From IMG/VR virus record IMGVR_UViG_3300031760_000012, positions 33,387 to 97,386 of that record: a DNA stretch of 64,000 bases. One strand, written 5' to 3'. Shown here one piece after another: positions 57,997 through 64,000 of the stretch. Source of the stretch: a virus (taxonomy: Duplodnaviria > Heunggongvirae > Uroviricota > Caudoviricetes). The position numbers and the translations under genes were made by a program. The notes beneath the pieces were generated by a model. It saw only the letters and a program-made list of their open reading frames with translations, did no database searches and had not been told where the DNA came from. The stretch's first letter is position 1. Every line of letters begins with the position of its first letter.

Positions 57997-58181
57997 AACT
58001 TTTTAACTAAAAGAAATACCAGTACGATAACAACAACCAAGCTGATCCATATCGGACTTAAAACCCAAACCCAACTCCACGTGATTACGCCACACAGTTT
58101 CAAAACGATAAAAACCAATGTAAGTAAATCAAGAAAGCCGATTCCGGCTGATGCGTTTTTATTTGAATTCATATAGTTCAT
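57993..58181 (-). CDS. small membrane protein (2 TM)
   Basis: 62 aa, hydrophobic; ATGA overlap with dnaB. Confidence 0.4.
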   Translation of the reverse strand: MNYMNSNKNASAGIGFLDLLTLVFIVLKLCGVITWSWVWVLSPIWISLVVVIVLVFLLVKKL

Positions 58182-58600
58182 ATTATTACCTCAAAAAAGG
58201 CTGACAAGAAAACACGAAAAAGAATTCACTCAGCATAACTAGTGCCCAATGGCGAAACGTGTTTTCGATTTGTCGATTGGCGGATTTGCGTGTTCGTCGA
58301 ATTTTTTGCGTCGAGCGTCGGTTCCATGTGTGCGATACGGTCAGAACCCCATTGCGTTGAACTTGCTTAGTGCAGGATTCACAAAGTCCCCACAAGACCA
58401 ATCTATTTCTACCTAGACGGAAAACATTTGAGACGCGACGACGGATCGTCGATCTCGGGTGCGCTGCATCGTACTTCATCAGCGCCTGAAGCTGTTTTCT
58501 CGTCAGCCTTATGTCGCATACCCCGCCCCTTACGCGACTCTCTGGTGAACCTTAACGTGTTACAGAAAGGAGATGATTTTATACCAGAGCCCATATTGCA

Positions 58601-59284
58601 TCACCCAACAGAATCAATGATGTCCTGCATGGTGTCTGTTTTGCTAAACCTTGGATCGTGGTCGATCTTGATTGTCAGCATCAGCTCGTCGATTTCGTAC
58701 GACCGAGCTTCTACCTCGTCGCTATACCGACCAGCCAGTTTCTTTAGTTTGTTCCGGTCAAAGTCAATCGTGGTAACCTTGCGAACCGGATACCGATACG
58801 CGACCTGTTCACCGGCATGCTCGCCTGACTCGATGATTTTGTACGCGATTGCCTCGCTGCGCGTCTCTGATGTCTTGTGCATCAATGCCGCGTTCAGGAC
58901 GTCTACAATCTGACGCATATGTTTGTTGGTTGCGACAAGTACGTCGATGTTCTTACTCTGGCTCGCCTTTGCGTCACAAATCTTTTCGTCGAGCGCTTCG
59001 ATCTCCGACTCCAGACTGAAGAGCACTTCAACAATCTTCTCTGGGTCGACCTGAGCAAGAACTCCCGGTGCTTCGTATATCGAAATCGGCGACTGTAATG
59101 TGCCTGATCTCGAGTCGAAAAACTCGTCATCGGCTCCAGGATTCGCCTTCGACTTTAAGTGCTCCTCTTTGACGACGCAAAATGCATCAGTTGACATAGC
59201 ATTACGTTTCAGCTCGTTAAACATGCTTGACAGATAGTTTCTGTAAGCAAAAGCTTCTTTTAAATTCATAATTGCCCCTTTCAT
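58601..59284 (-). CDS. hypothetical protein
   Basis: 227-aa ORF; its ATG overlaps the stop of the upstream nuclease gene (ATGA). Confidence 0.45.
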   Translation of the reverse strand: MKGAIMNLKEAFAYRNYLSSMFNELKRNAMSTDAFCVVKEEHLKSKANPGADDEFFDSRSGTLQSPISIYEAPGVLAQVDPEKIVEVLFSLESEIEALDEKICDAKASQSKNIDVLVATNKHMRQIVDVLNAALMHKTSETRSEAIAYKIIESGEHAGEQVAYRYPVRKVTTIDFDRNKLKKLAGRYSDEVEARSYEIDELMLTIKIDHDPRFSKTDTMQDIIDSVG

Positions 59285-60069
59285 TCCTCACCGAAAAACT
59301 CGCACTGGTCACTCAGCCCGCATATGTGATTACATTTCCAATATTCCGCGTCAGCACCCCATTCTTCTTCCTGGCGGATCTGCTCGATCGAATCCAGTGC
59401 CCAGCGCTTTGCTTCTTCGAAGCGCTCCTCATCGAAGGGTTCGATTATGAAGCGAGTCTTGTCGTCGTTGCGGAAGCAGTTGAAAACAAGCCACTTCGGA
59501 AACCTCCCGAACTTTTGCTTGACTGGAATGCAGTACAGATACAGTTGTCTAAGATATTCGTCGAGCTCGGCGTCGCCCTTGGTCGGCTTCTTTCTGCCGG
59601 ATCGTGGCTTCAGTTGGTGGCTCTTGTGGTCGAGAATAACAAGATCACCGTCGTCGGTCTCGCAGACCATGTCGACTATGCCGACAAACTTTCTGCCGCC
59701 AAGAGAGAAATTGTACCGCTCTTCTATCGCGAGTGGCTTCCACCGTTTGAGATCCGTGTCGATTTGCGATAAGTACTCAGCGCCACGATCGAAATACTTT
59801 TCAAAAATCCTGTCGTTCGGAGCTTCTCCTTTGACCGTCTTACGGAAATCCTTAAGATACTTTATGACAAGATCATCGGACGGTGTCCCACTCTCCAGAT
59901 GCTCCGCGATCAGCTCATGCATGAACGAGCCGTAGTCCGAGAAGAACATCGGCTTCTCGTGTTCTCCGTAAATGTAATGCATCAAAAACTGATACGGGCA
60001 CTGATTAAAGGATCCGATCCGCGAATACGACCAGGTCATTTCGTCGATTATGTTGGTATATTTCATCAA
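59281..60069 (-). CDS. PD-(D/E)xK nuclease of the Cas4/RecB family (phage exonuclease)
   Basis: YSRIGSFNQCPYQF, GIVDMV...DGDLVILDHKS (D...D/ExK), and a C-terminal Cys cluster C...CxxxxxC typical of Fe-S Cas4-like nucleases. Confidence 0.7.
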   Translation of the reverse strand: MMKYTNIIDEMTWSYSRIGSFNQCPYQFLMHYIYGEHEKPMFFSDYGSFMHELIAEHLESGTPSDDLVIKYLKDFRKTVKGEAPNDRIFEKYFDRGAEYLSQIDTDLKRWKPLAIEERYNFSLGGRKFVGIVDMVCETDDGDLVILDHKSHQLKPRSGRKKPTKGDAELDEYLRQLYLYCIPVKQKFGRFPKWLVFNCFRNDDKTRFIIEPFDEERFEEAKRWALDSIEQIRQEEEWGADAEYWKCNHICGLSDQCEFFGEE

Positions 60070-60395
60070 AATCGACCCCAGCCGAGGATGTCTCCGATCT
60101 CTTCAAGTTTTTTCTCAACCCGCTCTGCCTTCTCTTTTTCCTCCATGCCTTTCAATACGGGGTTTCTGACGTGCTTAAAATCGCCTGTAACATACCCGCA
60201 GAAATCGTTGACGTCGACATCGTGCGCTTCGCAGATTTCTGTAACAGCATTCGCCAGCCAGACCTTTGCGACGGTCCACTGTGCCTCTTTCGCGTAATCG
60301 ATCGCTCTATACGAAAGATCGTAAAGCTTCGGAATCTGCATCATCCAGTCAAGCATTTCAAATGAACTCATATCAAAACCACTCTTAAATTCCAT
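60066..60395 (-). CDS. hypothetical protein
   Basis: 109-aa ORF; ATGA overlap with the downstream gene. Confidence 0.45.
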   Translation of the reverse strand: MEFKSGFDMSSFEMLDWMMQIPKLYDLSYRAIDYAKEAQWTVAKVWLANAVTEICEAHDVDVNDFCGYVTGDFKHVRNPVLKGMEEKEKAERVEKKLEEIGDILGWGRF

Positions 60396-60465
60396 GTTTA
60401 ATTGCTCCCTCTAAAACTTACTATCTCAGTTAAATCTTTTCCCATACAGCGTGTCCTTTACCGCA

Positions 60466-60834
60466 TCAAAAAGGAACGTCCTCTTCAGAGATGTAATCCT
60501 CATCATCGACTGGCTTCGACTTCTTACCGCCGCCAGAAGAGAATTCAGAGGGTTCATAGTCCCATACAGTGTAATTGGTGTATTTTTTTTCCTGCTCTTT
60601 GACGTACTTTGTCGTAACCTCGCAGCCGTTCAGCTTGATCCTGTCGCCGCGCTTCAGTGTCGCTGCCTTCTTCGCTGCGTCACCTGCGAACATTGCATAA
60701 CCAGACCAGTCGGTCTCGTACTCTCCTGTGTCGCGATCCTTCTTTGACGTTGACAGATTGACATTAAAACTTCTCCCGGACGGATTCTTCTTTACTTCCC
60801 AGATTGTCGCCCAGGCTCCTTCGCGAAACCCCAT
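60466..60834 (-). CDS. ssb: single-stranded DNA-binding protein
   Basis: OB-fold-like N-terminus, Gly-rich linker and acidic C-terminal tail DDEDYISEEDVPF (SSB tail motif). Confidence 0.8.
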   Translation of the reverse strand: MGFREGAWATIWEVKKNPSGRSFNVNLSTSKKDRDTGEYETDWSGYAMFAGDAAKKAATLKRGDRIKLNGCEVTTKYVKEQEKKYTNYTVWDYEPSEFSSGGGKKSKPVDDEDYISEEDVPF

Positions 60835-60836
60835 AC

Positions 60837-61556
60837 TTAAGCTCCTTTCTTGGCGGCTTTACCGCTCTCTTCCATAAAACTATTGACCTTCTCAAGCAGC
60901 TCTCCTGCGATATCAGGAGACTTGATCGAGAAGTAATTCGCCGACGCTTTGCCGGACTCTTTCTTTGTGTACTTTTTGATCAGCTTTGTGATCTCAGGTT
61001 TTATATCTTCATTCGCTTCAACTAACTCGTTGACCTTGCGATGAACCTGCTCGATAATTTTCCGTGCCACGAGTGCGTCTTCGTGATTCTCCGCTTCTTT
61101 CTGGCGGGTTCTCCACTGGTCAGGATCGTCGTTGGTCGTCGCGACATTGAAGAATTTCAGGAGGAAATACCTCCCGCAATACGTCAGCCCTGAGCCGAAC
61201 GCTTGCGATGCGTCTGCTTGCTGACCCGACATCGCCCATGGAACCTCGATGAAATCTGACGGATCATCATCGTTTACCCAGCGCCATAGCATGTCCGCCT
61301 GAACCAAAATCTCGTTGACCGGAATCTCTTCGCCCTTTTTCTTCTTTGTGTACTCGTACGGAGTAACCTGAAGCGTCCCAGGAACCACACTTGGGATTAG
61401 TGATACATGATATTTCTCCATCGCTCCTGTTATCTGTGCGAGAATAGCTTCCTCGTTAACGTATGTATAGCCGTATGCCTGAGAGTCTTTTTTCATGACC
61501 TCTACTGGCTTGCGGATTTTTGCCAATTTTTGATATATATTAAGCTGCTCTGACAA
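60837..61556 (-). CDS. ERF-family single-strand annealing protein (recombinase)
   Basis: N-terminal NIYQKLAKIRKPVEVMKKD...YGYTYVNEEAIL pattern of the ERF superfamily; directly upstream of ssb. Confidence 0.5.
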   Translation of the reverse strand: MSEQLNIYQKLAKIRKPVEVMKKDSQAYGYTYVNEEAILAQITGAMEKYHVSLIPSVVPGTLQVTPYEYTKKKKGEEIPVNEILVQADMLWRWVNDDDPSDFIEVPWAMSGQQADASQAFGSGLTYCGRYFLLKFFNVATTNDDPDQWRTRQKEAENHEDALVARKIIEQVHRKVNELVEANEDIKPEITKLIKKYTKKESGKASANYFSIKSPDIAGELLEKVNSFMEESGKAAKKGA

Positions 61557-61558
61557 AA

Positions 61559-61993
61559 TTAAGCTCCCTTCCCAACCGAAACTGGAATCATACCCTTCAT
61601 ACCTTTAACCCGTTCGACCAACGCTTCTTTGTGCTTTCCTGCGTCAACTGCCTTGTTGATCGCAGTAACAGCTGCGTCTGTGTCTTTTGGATCGATCTTG
61701 TCGACGATATCTGACAAGACTCCAGCGAAATATTTCTCAATCTCTGCGACGACGTCCGCCTTAGGAACCATCTCTTCTCCTTTTGGCGGCAAATCGAAGT
61801 TGAACAAATCTTCAAATGAAACCGTCTTTCCTTTTTTGCCCGTCCTATAAACCAGATCGTCAAGCGTCACATCGTCATTTAACATAAATGGGAACATCAT
61901 ATATTTACTCCTTTTCTTCACCAAACAGCCGCCAGCACAAAAGCACGCACATAGCATCACAAAACGATACGAACAAACGCTCATCGCTTCCAA
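61559..61993 (-). CDS. hypothetical protein
   Basis: 144-aa ORF with a hydrophobic N-terminus. Confidence 0.45.
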   Translation of the reverse strand: MEAMSVCSYRFVMLCACFCAGGCLVKKRSKYMMFPFMLNDDVTLDDLVYRTGKKGKTVSFEDLFNFDLPPKGEEMVPKADVVAEIEKYFAGVLSDIVDKIDPKDTDAAVTAINKAVDAGKHKEALVERVKGMKGMIPVSVGKGA

Positions 61994-62129
61994 AATTACG
62001 TGCGGCTACAAGATCCCACCGGCAATCGTTAAGCGTTTCTACGGCATCGTCATTCCCTTTCTCTTTCTGCCTCTTACTCTCGCGCTTTAGTTCTCGAATA
62101 ACCATGTCAATTTCTGTGTCGAACATGCA

Positions 62130-63017
62130 TCAATTTCCTCCCTTAAGCAAATACTTATTATTGATCGCTTTCATGCTTAGCCAGCCACCAGTAGTAAGAG
62201 ATTGTGTTGGGAAGATTGGTCGAATCACAATCCCTTCCTTCTGCTTTCCGGAAGAATATTTTCCTTCCGCTCGCTCAAGAAGCTGTCCTGCCGTGTATGA
62301 AAAGTCGATCTCTGCTTCCTCTACAGGAACCATCTGAACCCCGAGATTCGCGGTTACGTCTTGCAGCTCGTTAAGTCCGCATAACTCCCACCGTAGTTTA
62401 TCGTCGTTCAAGAAAAGCACATTGAATACAAACCATTCAGGCTTCTTCAGATTCAGTCGATTCTTCTGGATTCCCGGCGAGCAGAACTCACCCTGCAAGA
62501 CCAACCGATCGATTTCTACTTTGGCGGCATACTCAGCAAACCTCTCTGGCAAATCATGTTCATGCGCATATCGCCAGAAAGCAGAAGAACCGTCATCCTT
62601 GTATTCGTAATTATGTCCGCAAACACCGAACTCTCCATCTACGTAATACATTGTTACCGACGTGCCGTCCATCTTTGTCGTGATGTAGTATGGCTTGCCG
62701 CGAAGCTCATCGACCAGTTCTGGAAACGACTGGATCCTGAGCTCGTCCGTTTTAGGGATGTCATACGGCATCAAACCTTTGACGTTACCGCCCGTTGTGG
62801 CGCGTTCTTCAATCTCGAATTTTCTTACGCCGAGGACCTCAGTCACATCGTCGCCTATGGCGTATTCTCCTTCTGGCAGAATCGATATTGGCAAAAGCAA
62901 CCCTTGACTGAGCTGTCCTCTCATGCGAGCTGTCTTCAGTCGAAAACCCTCGCCCATTATGTCAGTCTTCTTATAGCTGCTCTTGCGCAAGAACTCGAAC
63001 TCTTGGCGGATCGGCAA
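62130..63017 (-). CDS. ATP-dependent RNA/DNA ligase (nucleotidyltransferase superfamily, Rnl2-like)
   Basis: Motif I TKMDGTS (KxDG), motif IV-like EGEFC and motif V EGIVIRP. Confidence 0.6.
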   Translation of the reverse strand: MPIRQEFEFLRKSSYKKTDIMGEGFRLKTARMRGQLSQGLLLPISILPEGEYAIGDDVTEVLGVRKFEIEERATTGGNVKGLMPYDIPKTDELRIQSFPELVDELRGKPYYITTKMDGTSVTMYYVDGEFGVCGHNYEYKDDGSSAFWRYAHEHDLPERFAEYAAKVEIDRLVLQGEFCSPGIQKNRLNLKKPEWFVFNVLFLNDDKLRWELCGLNELQDVTANLGVQMVPVEEAEIDFSYTAGQLLERAEGKYSSGKQKEGIVIRPIFPTQSLTTGGWLSMKAINNKYLLKGGN

Positions 63018-63233
63018 AAACGAGTCGATCTCGAAGTAAACTCCGATGTCACCTACCGAAAACTAGCCCTTCTTTGTGACAACCTGCCATCCGAGCACAT
63101 GCGCACACTCGACCGCGTCTGCTCCTTCGATCGGGGTAACATCGTGTATGTACTGTACGGATGCAAGCTTTCTGTGTTTGCTCATTGTTCCTCCTTCTGG
63201 CGGAAAAGAAGACGCCGCTCGCGCGACGTCTGC

Positions 63234-63686
63234 TCATCTCCTTCCTTCCCGTTTCATTCTTCTATATCTCTGCTTAACCACCCTTGGATCTGGATGATAT
63301 TTCTTATACTCTGGGTCGAGTGGCATTATGTTTCGAGGATCGTACCATATCGTCCAACCTTCCTTCTCGGAGATCGCCTTTACGAACGCCGCTCTTATAT
63401 GTTCTGCCTTCGGCGCTGATGCGATGAACAGTCTCACCGTCGGCTCCCAGCCGAGAATCGGATAGAACTCTTTTTCCCAGCCGTCTCTTGAGCACACCGT
63501 CTTCTCGATGAACTCCTGCCGCGGAATATTGTACTTCGGATTTTTCTTCTCCTCCTCAATGAGCCTTTCTGTTTCCGCTTCCATCATCTCAGCGAGCGAC
63601 ATCTCTTTTACATCATGAACTGCTTCTCCAGCTACGAACATCGGCAGTGCTCCTGCCAATAGACTGCCTATTAAAATTCCAAACAT
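63234..63686 (-). CDS. hypothetical protein with N-terminal signal/TM segment
   Basis: 150-aa ORF. Confidence 0.45.
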   Translation of the reverse strand: MFGILIGSLLAGALPMFVAGEAVHDVKEMSLAEMMEAETERLIEEEKKNPKYNIPRQEFIEKTVCSRDGWEKEFYPILGWEPTVRLFIASAPKAEHIRAAFVKAISEKEGWTIWYDPRNIMPLDPEYKKYHPDPRVVKQRYRRMKREGRR

Positions 63687-64000
63687 GCGTTATTTCCTTT
63701 CACAATTAGCATTTTAATATAGTACCCGAAACCCGTTCGCCACCAAGGGCTACAGGGAATTCCTGAATCAAGACAGTACGATATGTAACGCGTATGCAAC
63801 CGCGCCCCACACCGACAAAGCAGCAATCATTGTCATTCCTTCTCCTTCTTTAATGCATCATTTAACCCTTTGGCGGCTTTCTTAATTTCCCGCTTCGCCT
63901 TGTCGACATGCTTGATCAACTCCTCGAAGCTCTCTGCATCTGTGTCCGAAATCCGGCGCCTCAGTGCGCTCTGGAAAATATCTTCGACATTCCGGAAGTA

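Noticed and set aside
1-64000. CRISPR arrays, rRNA genes, transposase/IS elements
   Set aside because: No direct-repeat/spacer arrays, no rRNA-like conserved blocks and no transposase-like ORFs were seen. The only repeat families are the DGR TR/VRs, the VR hairpins and the att-region GTGTACA motifs.

Overview
The window is a large segment of a temperate tailed-phage genome, Firmicutes-like by its AGGAGG-type RBSs, CCA-encoded tRNAs and anaerobic nucleotide metabolism. Plus strand, 1-27617: a late module with a tape measure protein (5' end truncated by the window), a 1824-aa tail protein with a C-terminal S74 intramolecular-chaperone domain, several small structural proteins, a tail-fiber-like protein, then a diversity-generating retroelement (DGR), then holin and a two-domain endolysin. 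The DGR comprises a 2002-aa receptor-binding-type target protein with a variable region (VR1), avd, a template repeat (TR), a reverse transcriptase, and a second shorter paralogous target gene with VR2. An AT-rich attP-like region follows at 27618-27933. From the tyrosine integrase at 27934 onward, a roughly 35-kb early/replication/nucleotide-metabolism module lies entirely on the minus strand. It encodes dUTPase, PhoH, an SPFH protein, a P-loop kinase, NrdG, NrdD, a metallophosphoesterase, cysteine desulfurase, tRNA-Gln and tRNA-Trp, DnaE-type polymerase, primase, DnaB helicase, a Cas4-like nuclease, SSB, an ERF-type annealase and an RNA/DNA ligase. Four group I introns interrupt dut, nrdD (two) and dnaE; three of them carry homing-endonuclease ORFs, and a fourth free-standing HNH gene sits just downstream of nrdD. 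The most notable system is the DGR, which has one TR and two independently diversified VRs with a strictly adenine-specific substitution pattern.
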